A program made the position numbers and the translations under genes. Below, in pieces: positions 24,082 to 36,329 of a stretch of 64,000 bases of DNA (positions within the stretch are counted from its first letter, which is position 1; every line of letters starts with the position of its first letter). The notes under the pieces were generated by a model. The model did not search any database and had not been told where the DNA came from. It was given only the letters and a program-made list of their open reading frames with translations. The DNA is from Babesia bigemina (lineage: Eukaryota), in assembly GCF_000981445.1 (NCBI RefSeq), contig NC_027216.1:930001-994000 (forward strand), written 5' to 3'.

Positions 24082-27000
24082 CTATACGGTTTTGACTACG
24101 ATGCACTCCTTGCCTTCACGCTCGACAATGCTGAAGGAATCGTTGAACGAGCTAGAATGCAGCCAGCGCGTCACACGGTCCGGGTCGAACTTGAAACCCT
24201 TTGCGATTTGAATGAAAAGTGGGATGTCGACGGTGGCCTCGGCAGCAATGTCAACTTCGGCGTCGTCAAGCTCCATCTCAGTTTCGCTACGATGGAGCTT
24301 CATGGCGTCCCTTCGGCGCAAGTTTCGTTCGATCTGCGCCTGGATGGTGTTGCGCAGAATCTGTACGAGCACGTGGTCGTCACCCTCGAAGATCATGCGG
24401 TAGCGCGAGTACTCCCTCGCGAGCTTGCAGGCAACGGAGTGGCGTTGCGAAGAGATGTACGACTCTAGAAGGGTGGCGATGGCCATGTCCACATCGTCGG
24501 CATTGATGTGGTTCGAAAGCCTCATCTTTGCGTTGGCCTCCGCAATGCGGATCACCGATTCGATGTGCCTAAGCGTCAGCGGATATCCGCCGCCATAGGC
24601 CGTCTTCTGTCGGATGGAGCTATAAAATCCGGCCAGCTTGCCCTCGATCACACGGTAGAATTCCGGGGAGATGACTGGTGAGCAATTGGCCTTCGCATAT
24701 CGCAGGTAGTTGGAGAATTCCTTTTGAGTGAGCGGCTGGCACGCAGATGATGAGCTGATCTTGTTTTTGAGGTTCTGCACAACCTGCTCGTAGTTTGCCA
24801 CGTTCTCTATTTTGGGGTGCAGCAGTTGGTGGTTTGTGATGACGTATTCGCTCAGCAGCAGGTCTTCGTGCGTGTTTGGCACGTCCTTCATGACGATGAT
24901 GAGGTCGAATCTGCTGAGAATCGGGTCCGAAAAGTCGACGTTCTCCTTGAAGGTGAGCGATGGCTCGTATCGACCGAAGATTGGGTTCGCAGCGGCGACA
25001 ACCGAGCACCTGGCCTTTAGCGAAGTGACGATGCCGGCCTTCGAAATCGAAATCGACTGCTGTTCCATAGCTTCGTGAATCGACACTCGATCCTTGTTTG
25101 ACATTTTGTCGAACTCGTCGATGCAGCAAATGCCCAAATCGGCCAGCACCAGCGCCCCTCCTTCCAGAGACCACTCGCCCGTGGCGGGGTCGCGCCTGAG
25201 ACCCGCAGTCAGACCCACGGCCGAAGCACCCTTGCCGGTGGTTAAAACGCTCCTGGGCGCTGTCTTGTGTACGTATGTTAGGAACTGCGACTTCCCCAAA
25301 CCGGGGTCTCCGACGAGCAGGACGTTGATGTCGCCCCTAATGCGGTGGGACGAAGAGCTGTTCGCATCGGCGTCACCCTGTTGCGTGGGCTCGGCCTCCG
25401 AGTTACTGGCTCCCCTGCCCTTACCGACGCCACCGAACAGGGCACAGCATATGGCAGTTTTTGCGGCCTTCTGGCCGAATATGGCTGGCGCCACAGATGC
25501 AATGAGCCTTTCACGAATGCAGGGGTCCCTGGCCAGCTTCTTGATATGCTGAATGTCTTCCGATGTCAGATCCTCCTGGATGCTTTGGTTGGTTTCAACT
25601 TCCACCGAGACTGCCTCCAGCTCCGTCTTCAGGACGGGGAAGTTGTGCTTAATGTTCAGCGCAACGTCGTATCTGCTTTTGTATATGGCGAGCACCTGTA
25701 TGAGGTCACCGGGGCGGCACGAGTCCACGAGATCGCCCGACAGAATAACCGAACGCTGCCTAGGCGTTCGGCCCGCCTGCACGGATTGCGGGGGCTCCTG
25801 TATTGTGACTTTCTGGTAGTCATCGTATACCGTGTTGATGCGGTCCACCGAGAACGAGCCGGCGCCACAGTAGGCACACTTTTGGGGGTGCAGCGGTTTT
25901 TGCTGGTCGCTGAAGTATATCGGCATGTCAACACCACCGTCACACAGGCTGCACTTCAGGTACAGCACCCGCAGCTTTGGCAGCACCAGGCCTCGGCGCA
26001 CGACGATGCCGCTGAGCTTGACCAGCGTGTTAAGCTCCCTGCTCCGCAAGTTGCACAGCTGGGTGGTGAACGGCCAGTCGATGAGCGCAACCTTGCAATG
26101 ACGACCTTTGTACAGCCGCTTTCTCTTACGGTGGGCCTCCACATTGACGCAGTCGTTGAGCACTGGCATCACGCCGATCGGGTTGAACTCTAGCCACGGG
26201 ATCATGTTCTCACAATGGAACGCCATGAGGTGTGGCACCGATACCTTGAGGATGTTCGCGTCGTCCTGAATCATCTTCTCGATGCGATCCAAATAATGGA
26301 ATCGCGTGTCCTTTTCGTTCAATTTGAATCGGTACAGGAAGTACCTGAAGAGCGTGTCGATGGCCTGCTGGAACTTCTCGTCGAAGTGGCTCACTGATGG
26401 GTCTGCGCGCAGCACGGCCTTAGCACCCTCAAGCATGGTGAAATCAGGCGCATCTGAGTCGCCTTTCTGCAGCTGCTTGCGCCGGCTTTCCACACGCTGA
26501 ACGATGCGCTCGAATATCCCATCCTCCGCCGACTCCTCATCGTACCTGAGAATCTTGCGCCATAGCTGTTGGTGGCCGCGGCTTTCAATCTGACGCTGCT
26601 GTTCCTCGTATCTGATGCGCCTTTCGGCGGCTCTGCGCGCCCTAGGGTCGTCAATGTACTCTTCTTCATCGATAAGCGAGTCATCGTACTCGTCTACGTT
26701 AATACCAAGCTTGGCGAATCCCTCAGCTTCTCGCTCGATATCGTCTTGACCGACGACGAAACCGGTTTCCTCATCGTACAGGTCCTCTCCTTCCTCGGAT
26801 ACCGCCGCCTCTTCTTCCTCCACGTCCTGGAAGTGATCCCTGTTGTCTTCCAAGGCCTCTGAACCATAATCAAGTGGTGGTCATTACGCATTGAAATCAT
26901 GTAAAAACGCGATTCACAACACAGAAGGAGAGCAGTTGAGCATTTATAGCGGCAGGATCACCGGCTCTCCCGATACGCGCTTACGTGCGAAGCTATATAC

Positions 27001-27221
27001 ACGGTAGCGTTGCAGCCAATGATCACGCATTCATACATAATATACCAATGTAACATTCCTCAACGGTAAGTATTTGGGGCTTATACACGTGGAAGGCTGC
27101 CAAATGCCTCACCTTCCTCTGACTGCGAATGGAATTCTTCCAAAACGTCGTCGCGGTGACCGTACTCCGAACGCCGACTCTGCACGGTTGTGATTCCTTA
27201 TAAATTTCATTGGCTTACCAT
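24082..27221 (-). CDS. MCM2: DNA replication licensing factor MCM2
   Basis: RGDINVLLVGDPGLGKSQ, GKGASAVGLTA, CCIDEFDKM, IHEAMEQQSISISKAG, ILSRFD, QEPPQSVQAGRTPR; acidic N-terminus. Small upstream exons at ~27113-27180 and ATG at 27221 are inferred. Confidence 0.95.
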
Positions 27222-27632
27222 TTTTACTACTGCGGCCAATTATCAAATAGAATAACAGCGTTACCTATGGGGGATTCCTGGTCAGTCAGACACGGGTATG
27301 GATGTGTGCGATTCAAGCGGCACAACGCATGTTACACAATCGCATGGTTTCATTATAAATGTGTCACGTTCAAATTTTAGTATATGTGGGAGCGAGCGGC
27401 AGATCTTTTGGCTGCAACCTCACCCCGGCGCTATCCTTCCATGACGCGAGAAGGTGCAACAATTACCGTTGCATCACAACGTAGACAGAAAATTAGATTC
27501 AGACGAAGATGTTACCGTCACATAGATTGTTACAGCTGTCTAATATGACATATTCCATGCATTTGCCACGATGGCACAAACAAAAATTTTAGATACGCTA
27601 ACGCCGCCTGCAGATTACGCATTTGACCGAAC

Positions 27633-28594
27633 TCATGGTTTCCACTGCTTGGATCCGACAACAGTGCAGTTAAGGCCGACTTGGCATACAATCGTTTGCC
27701 CGCATATGTCCAGTTTGACCTTGTCGCTCAGGTACCTGCCCCCGTTGTTTGACCCAAGCTTTGCACTCACCACCCGCAGCTGTCGGTTGAGAAGGTTCTT
27801 GGCGCGACATTGAACACCGAATCGTCGATTTGTACTTTGAGCTTTGGCGCATTTTTCATGAATTCGCGACGGGTCATGATGTTGGCTGCGGCATTGTGAG
27901 CATGAGAATAGTGAAAGCACGGGTTCACGTTGGTATTTAACATTCAACACCGATGCCAGACAGCTATGGGCGTGAAGCGTACAGCCGGCCCGTTTATGCC
28001 ACGGTAGTGCCTTCGCATGTCACAGCGCAACTGGGCTGGCCACCAACTGTTCATGGCAGTAGGCGGCGCGAACCAGCACAGCGTGGATTCGTTCACAGTG
28101 CACAAGTTTGATGTAGTGCATGCCACGTACCCTGGCTCTGCTTTGCCCTTTTGGCAGTTTTTTCCACCTCGTCACCCGGTTCCGAGATGATGCTGGGAAG
28201 GACCTCTGTGGCCTCCGTCGGGGCGGCTCTTTTCGTCGTGGGAGGCTCCTCCTCCAGGCTTTCCACCTTGTTCTCATTGTCTACCGCGTCCAAACCCTCG
28301 GATTTGATAAGTTCCTGGAGTTGATCGGTGCCGTACATCTCGGTCAGGGTTTCGAGGATCAGCTCGTTGACTTCTTCCCGGCGCGCGTCGAAGTAGGACG
28401 CAGGCTTGCGGAACCTTCTCCCCAACTCCTCTCTCATGGAGAGTAGGCTGGTGTTCTGGAGGCCATCGAGCTTGATGATGTCGCTGCGAGATTTTAGACA
28501 CGCGTCCAGGCGCGACGCTACGGCCGCGTTTGACCTACCGCAAGGCCTCCCGTATCTCATCCCTGGTGACTGCTGTGAGCGCAGACTTCGTCAT
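27633..28594 (-). CDS. DEK-C-like N-terminal domain + conserved C-terminal domain (3 introns)
   Basis: Spliced: MTKSALTAVTRDEIREALRDIIKLDGLQNTSLLSMREELGRRF...REEVNELI...ANIMTRREFMKNAPKLKVQIDDSVFNVAPRTFSTDSCGWYLSDKVKLDICGQTIVCQVGLNCTVVGSKQWKP*. Confidence 0.65.
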
Positions 28595-29216
28595 AGTGGC
28601 AATTACGTGATCCCTACCGGCGAGTTGCGTCAGGGTGTGAAGTGATGGCGGCGGCGAAGGCGGGCGGTAAGTGTGTTGGCGCCGGCCGCGACATTAGTGG
28701 ATGGCATATCTAATGTGTTACCATCTTCGCAAACCTCATAACACGCCGATGTGTAAATGAGTCGCAGAATGAAAGTGTGTGGCTGCGACTTTGAATATGC
28801 ATGTACGGAGCATACTCGTTGAAGTTTCCATTTATCGTTAGGGCGCTGGGCATCGCTCTGTGCCCCAGCATACCCATCTGCCGTAACAATGCCGCGTGTA
28901 TGGAGTTGGCGAGCTCCAGTGTTGCGCCGGACTCCCTCCGGTGTGGCCTCGGATGCGTTGGCGCACATAACGGAAGCCGCTGCTGAGTTCATTGCCTAAA
29001 TCTAATACGTCTTAATCGTGAATGGTTGGCGTGAAATTAATATAGCTGGCATGTTGCCGTATGCGGGGATTTTGAGCTGCGGCCATACGCAGCCCCCCTT
29101 AACAATAGCACCCATGTATGTGCGCCACATAAATATACTGCCTCAGCATTATGTACAACTGAGTGCTCTTGTGCCCTGCGTCAAAAATAGCACTCAAATC
29201 TTCATCTTTGCCGCTT

Positions 29217-30929
29217 TCAGAGCTTGACAACTTGCCGCATTTGTGCAGCGAAGAGGCCCATGCGATCTACTCGCAGCACAGCGTGCTTTATCTGCACGAA
29301 GCGCTGCAGCACCGATATCGACGCGTCAGTTGGTATACAGCGCTCCAGCGAGTGTCGGTTCTGCTGTATCCACAACATGTGGAATAGCGTCTCGGCGTTT
29401 TCTTTACAACGTTCGGCCAGTGCCTCCGCCAGCTCGTACCCGAACGCGTCCACATCGAACCTCTTTTGCGCGAAGACGTTGAAGAAGTCGATGTAGCAGC
29501 AACACCAGCACGGCTCGCCCACCGCGTTGTAGGTGAGGTGGCACTTTGATATGAAAACAGTGTTGGCCGTTCCGGCCCGGTCCGTCACCTCGATTCCCGA
29601 TGTGTCCACGTCACAGCAGTCAGGGTCAAATTGGTGGTCCGCGAGGGATCCGGTCATTACGATATCCGTGGAGACCTCGTCCTCCCCCTCGAGCACCTGG
29701 GTGGGTATGGGCGTGTACAACCTGCAAAATCTGAGCTTCTGCAGTGCCTCAAGCTGGGAGTCTTTGTCGGAGGCCTTGTGGAAAAATGGACCCGACTCCG
29801 CCCCCCCGAAGTAGCAGTCCCTCTTACGCCGTCCGTAGTACTTAAACTTGCCGCGTATTCCCTTCAGTTTCGCCGCTGCAGATATCACGTCAATGATGAC
29901 AGCGCCTTTATCTTGATCGCTGCTAGACGTGTCGTCTGCCTTTGGCTCGGCACCGTCCGGGTTGGTAGGAGCCGTTGTTGTGTCGCAGAGAGCCGGTTCC
30001 TTCATCATCAGCGTGCCCTTCGTGCCGGGCAGCCCCAGCGCAATTAGCGGCTGCACCGGTCGCAGGGTTATGTCTACCCTTTCCTTGCTGTAATAATTTC
30101 GTGGTCTCTCCTTGTTAGCGGTGCCGCGCGGTGATGTGGCGGGACTTTTGCGTACCTTGGCGCTGCACTTGTGTTGGGCACAGCGGCGTTGCGCATGATA
30201 ATCTGCATCATGCTGTTTAGGGGCTACGGCAAGTTCTGCGGTGCTGCCATCACTCATACATGTGGCATCTACATCAACGCCTGTGCCATCCTTACCCGTC
30301 GACATCTGATGCGCAACGATGTTGAAATCCTCAATGCTCTCCGTGCTAGTGTGGCTGCTTGAGTGCGGCAGCTCCCGAAGCGAGCAGTAAGACGCCACTT
30401 TCCGTGTTATATTGTACCGATCCGCCGTTTCAACGAAGTTCCCCAGGTCGTATTCAGGTTCCGGACGCTCTACTGTGGCGGAGAGATGGTCATCATTGTC
30501 CAGATCCATCGCAGCATCGGCTATGTGGAGGCAACCACTGCTGGGTTCATCAGCATGGTGAGCTTTTGCAATGAGTTGCGGGGTGTTGGCATTGGTGGAG
30601 TCCGATGGCAGCTGTTCTTCGTCTTCACTGTGTATACTGTAACCGAATGATAGATTGCTATCAGACGTGTGCAGGTTCTTAATCTCAATGGAGCTGCTGG
30701 ATTGCAGCGCCAAGTGTTCGACTGGGCTTCCTGTCATTGTTCTAGTGGAAATCTGGCGCACCACCTCTGCCTTTTCCGCCAACGCACTCTGAGTGTCGAG
30801 AGGAGAAGCATTTTTAGTCCACATCGTGCCCATGCTCTTGAGTTCCCGTCCCCCCCGATAAGCCCTGGACGCTGCGCGGGAGAGGTCGAGTTGGCATTCC
30901 CGCAAACAACGGAAAGCCTTGGATATACC
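29217..30929 (-). CDS. Hypothetical protein (large last exon; further 5' exons likely up to ~31332)
   Basis: 562-aa stop-free frame behind a tttgcag acceptor. Low-complexity N-terminal half, globular Cys-containing C-terminus. Confidence 0.7.
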   Translation of the reverse strand, partial: GISKAFRCLRECQLDLSRAASRAYRGGRELKSMGTMWTKNASPLDTQSALAEKAEVVRQISTRTMTGSPVEHLALQSSSSIEIKNLHTSDSNLSFGYSIHSEDEEQLPSDSTNANTPQLIAKAHHADEPSSGCLHIADAAMDLDNDDHLSATVERPEPEYDLGNFVETADRYNITRKVASYCSLRELPHSSSHTSTESIEDFNIVAHQMSTGKDGTGVDVDATCMSDGSTAELAVAPKQHDADYHAQRRCAQHKCSAKVRKSPATSPRGTANKERPRNYYSKERVDITLRPVQPLIALGLPGTKGTLMMKEPALCDTTTAPTNPDGAEPKADDTSSSDQDKGAVIIDVISAAAKLKGIRGKFKYYGRRKRDCYFGGAESGPFFHKASDKDSQLEALQKLRFCRLYTPIPTQVLEGEDEVSTDIVMTGSLADHQFDPDCCDVDTSGIEVTDRAGTANTVFISKCHLTYNAVGEPCWCCCYIDFFNVFAQKRFDVDAFGYELAEALAERCKENAETLFHMLWIQQNRHSLERCIPTDASISVLQRFVQIKHAVLRVDRMGLFAAQMRQVVKL

Positions 30930-32179
30930 TGCAAAGTGTCAACTGTTCTTTTTCTCCCACGAGTTGGCACCCGGGTATTACAAATATGAGCACGAGCAGT
31001 CTCCTATTGCCTCCGATGGTCCACTGCAAGCGCTGTACCACAGTGCCAGCGCTTTAGTCGGCCTTATATTACGCAAACAATGCGCAGAATTCTATCTTTA
31101 TAACAAAGCGCGCGCTACAGTATCGCGCTGACAAGCTTCGGTTTAACTCCCAACAAGCTACCAGAAATCCGTACGGGGCCTGTCCAGGTTCAGCGTCAGC
31201 CGAACACCTCCTTACCTGTTTATTACGCGAGCACACACTTCAATATACGCGCAAACAGGTACCGCTTGGTACATGCTCTTTGCCTTCAGTGTGCTGGGAT
31301 GCCTCGCCTGCTGACTTTCCGCTGCGTGGCATGCCAGACATTCGTCGACTGTTGCCCGTAACCTTGCTAGCTGCGGATAATGCTGCAATCGTGACGGTGT
31401 GTACCGGTGCCACGGCGCACGACGTTTAGCAACATCTATCTCCGGGGCCGTCCGGCGTCATCCCCCTCGGCTTACCCAACTAAAGTCGTAAAATCAGCAC
31501 ATCAGCCCGTACATCTTGCAATGACGCGTCCTACTGTTAGACTGGGCCGCCACTTGCGGTGACGAGTGATTTTGGCCGAATTCGATTGTTCGCCAGAGAC
31601 GGCCAATTATGGTGTATAGTTATTGATGCGCGACGGGGTACCAGCGTTCCCAAACGCCGCCCGGCGATATAACTACTTACTTGGTGCCCATCGGCGAGTT
31701 GCGGTGGGCTGCGTTAAAATACGGTTACTTCGGTTCACTGCCCGGCTGCCGGGTCTCCGCGTCGTGGTGGGATACCACGAGGGGCGTGATGAGCTGGTGG
31801 TGCACAAGAGTCTCAGCGGCGCTCATGCTAATCAGTGAGAATGGGAGAGTTAGCGCCGGGCGCTTCCGTGATAGAGCGCTCGCCTGCGCGCCTATAGGTA
31901 GCGTGCCCACAGTCCCCGGCGCGCCTTTCGTTTCTTACATAGATAATAATTATAACTCAGGTTGCGGCCAAAGGCCTGCCTTTTAGATTGTTTCGCTGGC
32001 ATCGTGCAAATGCTGTGAGGGAGATCGTGCGTACGTGAAACGCCCGCCTCCTGACTAATACGAACATGCCCGTGTTGCTTCGTTGTTGTCTAGCCGCGTT
32101 TTCGCAGGCACTTCCGTGACATATGGCGACGATATTCCTCGAATCGAGGCGCAGCCTACATAGTTAAAAAAATCTTGCG

Positions 32180-32437
32180 CTACTTGCGCATCCCGCTCCG
32201 ACGACGAGTCATCCAGTACCGCACGTTCCTCGGCCCCTCGTAGACAGGTCTGGGCGCCGCAATATTAGCCTCTTTTCGCGCTAGTCGTTTGGCGTATCTG
32301 GCCATTGCGTCCAGGCGTAGCTGCTCCCTAAGCTCGGCGGCCTGCCGTGAGAGTTCCTGCTTCACCTTAGAAAGCGGCTCCGTTTGCGCCGCCGCCACGT
32401 TGGCCACCAGCCGACGAAATATTGAGCATATTGTCAT
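32180..32437 (-). CDS. Small basic hypothetical protein (possible mitochondrial presequence)
   Basis: 85 aa, MTICSIFRRLVANV..., helical and Arg-rich. Confidence 0.45.
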   Translation of the reverse strand: MTICSIFRRLVANVAAAQTEPLSKVKQELSRQAAELREQLRLDAMARYAKRLARKEANIAAPRPVYEGPRNVRYWMTRRRSGMRK

Positions 32438-32649
32438 AATAAATTCAGTGGCTGTCTATCTAACCTGCGCCCGCGCTACAGGTATGCCTGACTGCGGAGG
32501 CTGCGCGTTGTACCGTTCCGAATGCAGGGCGGCGGGGTAGCAGTTGTTTGTAGCCGTTGATCAGCGCCCGTGTTGGTGTTTGCTGCAACAACACGAGGAG
32601 TGGCTGTTCACGGTACCGGCATCTCACTGCTCCCTCATCAGTGTGCAGC

Positions 32650-33774
32650 ATGGCGTTCGACTCCTTCGACAGCCCATCGCGCCGGGAGTTCAGCTCCCAC
32701 TGCCAGCGGATGCTGAGCCTATCGGAGGACTACAAGGAAGTGGGCGATTCGGACTGCGGAGCAAGCGATAGCAGCTACCTGAACAGCCACTGCTACAGGA
32801 GCCGCCGCATCTCTGCGAGCTACGCAAGCGACAGCGCGAGTGTGAAGTTGCCGGACACCAGTGATGCATCCACGCCGCGTTCATTATCGGGCTCCGTATA
32901 CGGCCGTGACGCGGCCAAGGCGTTCAAGACAAAGAGCGTGCGTGATCTGGAGTGCGAGGAGTCTCTACGCCGGTTGCACAGCCTCGTCGCCGGAGATAGC
33001 GTATACTTTTGCCGCGCCGTGCTGGGGACGTCCGAGGACAGCGACGATTCGGATATTGGCGAATTCGTGGAGGGCAAGGTCACTTGCTTTTCGTACGACT
33101 TCATGAGGCGCTACGTCATCGTGTCGCTGGATGGCTACGGCAGCCTTAAGTTCACTTACGGCGACCTCCACGCGATGGCACTCGACGGAAACGTCCACCT
33201 GCAACGTTTGCAGCAGTCGGTCGTCCTGTCCAAGGCGCAGCGGCAGAAGCGCCCGAGGTACTTCGAGGATGAGTACATGACACGCCGTTCGTTCAGCAAC
33301 CAGAACACCGCGGATGATTCGGAAGACGCAGCGCACGACAGTGCATACGGCTCGTCGCACCACGCGTACTCCGAATCCAGTGCCGCAGGGGGGGCTGATT
33401 TTTACGGGATACGCACCCGGCCCGTGCCCCCTGGAGCCGAGAGCATCTGCCGCTGCCGGTTCGTCAACAAGGTGGACCTGGTGCAGAAGCTGCGCAGCGC
33501 AATCAACAAGAACAAGCAGGAATTTTACGAGCGAACAGAAACAATGCAGGAGCTGCGGCTGATAACGACGCAGAACGTGCGCGCGTATGAGCTCGAAATG
33601 GTCGCATACCTCCTCGGAGAGGACCCCTGGGCCTACGCCGCCAATCACTACGACCGGCCCACAGACGAACAGATCAAAGAAATTGTGGAGCAGTACGGTG
33701 CAGCAGCCCGTAATGCAAAATACTTGGCGCATTTTGCCAACTGGCAGAAATTCCAGAAGCAGGTGAAGAACTAG
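32650..33774 (+). CDS. Hypothetical protein
   Basis: Long ORF from ATG 32650 with coding-like bias. Ser-rich N-terminus, helical C-terminal domain (VNKVDLVQKLRSAINKNKQEFY). Confidence 0.75.
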   Translation: MAFDSFDSPSRREFSSHCQRMLSLSEDYKEVGDSDCGASDSSYLNSHCYRSRRISASYASDSASVKLPDTSDASTPRSLSGSVYGRDAAKAFKTKSVRDLECEESLRRLHSLVAGDSVYFCRAVLGTSEDSDDSDIGEFVEGKVTCFSYDFMRRYVIVSLDGYGSLKFTYGDLHAMALDGNVHLQRLQQSVVLSKAQRQKRPRYFEDEYMTRRSFSNQNTADDSEDAAHDSAYGSSHHAYSESSAAGGADFYGIRTRPVPPGAESICRCRFVNKVDLVQKLRSAINKNKQEFYERTETMQELRLITTQNVRAYELEMVAYLLGEDPWAYAANHYDRPTDEQIKEIVEQYGAAARNAKYLAHFANWQKFQKQVKN

Positions 33775-34093
33775 ACCAAAGCTTCCCCAGCGAGGCCGCT
33801 GGGCCACCTGTACTCTAGGAAATCATAGAGCATGCTCAACTGCAACGTAATGCTCGCAATTACATAGCTATATACCGCTGATACTGCTTATGCGTGCCGC
33901 TCAACGCAGGGGTCCGCTGCTACATTTATAATGGCTGCGTGTACAGCGCGCGTTTCTCTGCTGCGGGCGACGTGACGCCGAATCGGAGCTCAGAACTTTA
34001 GCCTTGCCACGTGCACTAGAGTGCTCCCGGCAGCAACGTCCGCTGTACAGGATTACGGGACGGTGATTTTTCTCAACCGTGCGCCGTAGTCGC

Positions 34094-36060
34094 TCATCCG
34101 CACAATGACACTTCGTTTTGGCAATGGTAATTTTGGATCTGGTTGGGCATGCGCACCAGTCTGACGATACCTGCGTTGTTTCCGCAAGCGATCACCTGCG
34201 CAGATTGTAACGGTGCACATTCAGACCTACGGAGAGGTCCTGGGAGACGGCGAGGGACCTAAGGTGCGCGCCGCAGACCTCACGGTCGATTTTGCCGAAG
34301 TACGACGATCCGTCGAGAGAGAAGAGGAGGACACTGTGCTTAGTATACACATCGATGTCAGCGGCGAAGATGTCCACCTCGCAGCATCCCGGCCCCGCCT
34401 TAGTGGGCGTGTGGACGCGGTCGCTGCGGTTCCTGAGCAAGGGTTTCTGAAAGTAGATGGTGGACTGTCGGAAACGTTCCATCAGAGGTTCGTCTGACCC
34501 GTTCTCGTCAAAGGGCTGCACTTGGTGCGCCCGAACGAACAGCAGGTTGGCCCAGAGTGAGTGGCAGCAGATGTCTGGGTTGTCCATGCCTGCAGTATTG
34601 TGAGCTCAATTCGCTGTACAGTCGCGTCAAGTGCTACGCACCTTGTATAAAGAGCTGCCGCGTTCGCCGGAGGCTGTATCTCGTGAGCTCCCAAAACTCT
34701 ATGCAGGTGCGCGATATGGTGAAGAACTTGCGTGGCCGCTGAGAATCACTGCGGGGCGGACGGCGCAAACTAACGTAGGCGAGCTTGTGCCTCGGAAACA
34801 CTGTGGGTTCGCTGGCATCCACTGAATCGTTCGTCTGCGCGTCGTTTTCATCGGCCGGGGCCCTTTGCCTTACATCGTAGAACACGAATCCGCTGGGACG
34901 GAAGTGATTCGTGTCGTTGACTGTGAACCCTTCTCCGCGAAGTATGTCGTAGGCCCGAATAGGACCTCCTTGTTGCTTTATCTGGTACAGCAATTAGTAA
35001 ATTGCGTGGCGTCGACCAACCAGCAGCTGTGTCACTAGTAGTTCGAGAAACTGAAGTTCACGGTGCTGTACGATCTCGATTTCACGAGTTGCCTGCTTGC
35101 ATATCGCGTTGAGGAGTTGGGGATCTACCAGTAATTTGCCGTCCTCTATGTCGTACAGGCTGAGAGGGATGAAGTTTTGCCTGGGCTGGCTGAGCATGAC
35201 CACGACGCCGTCAGACACCCGCATCTCCTGGTACCCATTCCCCTGTATTTCGAATACCAGCTCGTAGGTAGTCATATCCCAGAACCTATACACGTGTTTG
35301 TACAAGTCAGCGGCTCCGATGCGTTTGTTCATGCCTGCGTGGTATGGCGCGACCCTCCTCTCCCCTCACCGCAGAACTCGAAGAATGCAGGGTGCCGGAG
35401 AACGACGCATTCAAACTGGTGGCTCGTAGCGTATGACTCCAACTTGCCCATTTTGAGCGACTGCGTCTCTTCGATTGCGGCGGAGACTCATTACCTGAAG
35501 GAGCACGACCTTGCACTGCAAGTGGGCGGGGAGCGATGAGTACGCTATTATGAGCGTGTCGTTGGAGGGGTTGTGGACCATCGTATGCACAGCTCAACAT
35601 GATAAGAGTATACTGTTTCGGTTACCTGCGAAGTGCACTGTCGAGCGGTCCACTGGGTTGAGTTCGCACACCAGTTTGCCGTCCCGCTGTGCGCATGTGA
35701 GAACGGCGGACACTGCTGAGCACCCACCGCGTCGTAGCATCGTGCGAGCCCGCTCCGCATTCTGAATTCGATATATCAAGCTCAGATAAGTCACTTACAG
35801 GACGCATGCCAGATGCTCCACCAACAGGACTTCCTTCACCTCTCGCATTTCGTAACATGGCTGTGGGTAACCACTTGGTATGTCCGCCATGACGTCTATA
35901 CGCGTCACCTGCGTCATATGATCACGCATCTAACGATTGCTACCCCTGTTAGTCGCGAACACAGCGCCCCTGCAACCATTTTGGTGGACTGCTCTCTGCT
36001 CTCAAGTCGGCGAGGTTGGCATCTGCCATGTATGCGTCGTCGGTTTACGAACTCGAACAT
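34094..36060 (-). CDS. Conserved beta-propeller-like protein (multi-intron)
   Basis: Exon pieces VCELNPVDRSTV, YRFWDMTTYELVFEI, QEMRVSDGVVVML, IPLSLYDIEDGKLL, LQFLELL, IKQQGGPIRAYDI, FRPSGFVFY, FFTISRTCIEFW. These resemble an uncharacterised plant/protist WD40-like family. Ends approximate. Confidence 0.6.
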
Positions 36061-36329
36061 GCTTCCGGAACGCGCAGTAAACGCCTACGATGGCACCTAG
36101 TTTACGGCAAAAAGTAAAAAGTGTAATGCACATCGCAGGTGTGGACGGTTCAGGCCACCTTGCCTCAGTGGCACTGGCAGATTGAAAATTCCTCGCTTCG
36201 AAGTGTTGCATCTCCGGAGCACACACTGAGTTACACACATGTCTTAAATAACTTTAGCCATAAGAAAGGGGTCAGAGCTGGCGGAATCCCATCCTCTGCG
36301 ACCCCCGTGGCGATGCCACGCAAAATGTC

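Noticed and set aside
25345..26193. Long antisense ORFs over MCM2 (likewise over SulP, the Sel1 gene and 32965-33807)
   Set aside because: Shadow frames caused by GC3-rich codon usage of the real genes.
31400..32170. Short ORFs between two minus-strand genes
   Set aside because: Non-ATG starts and no coherent gene model.
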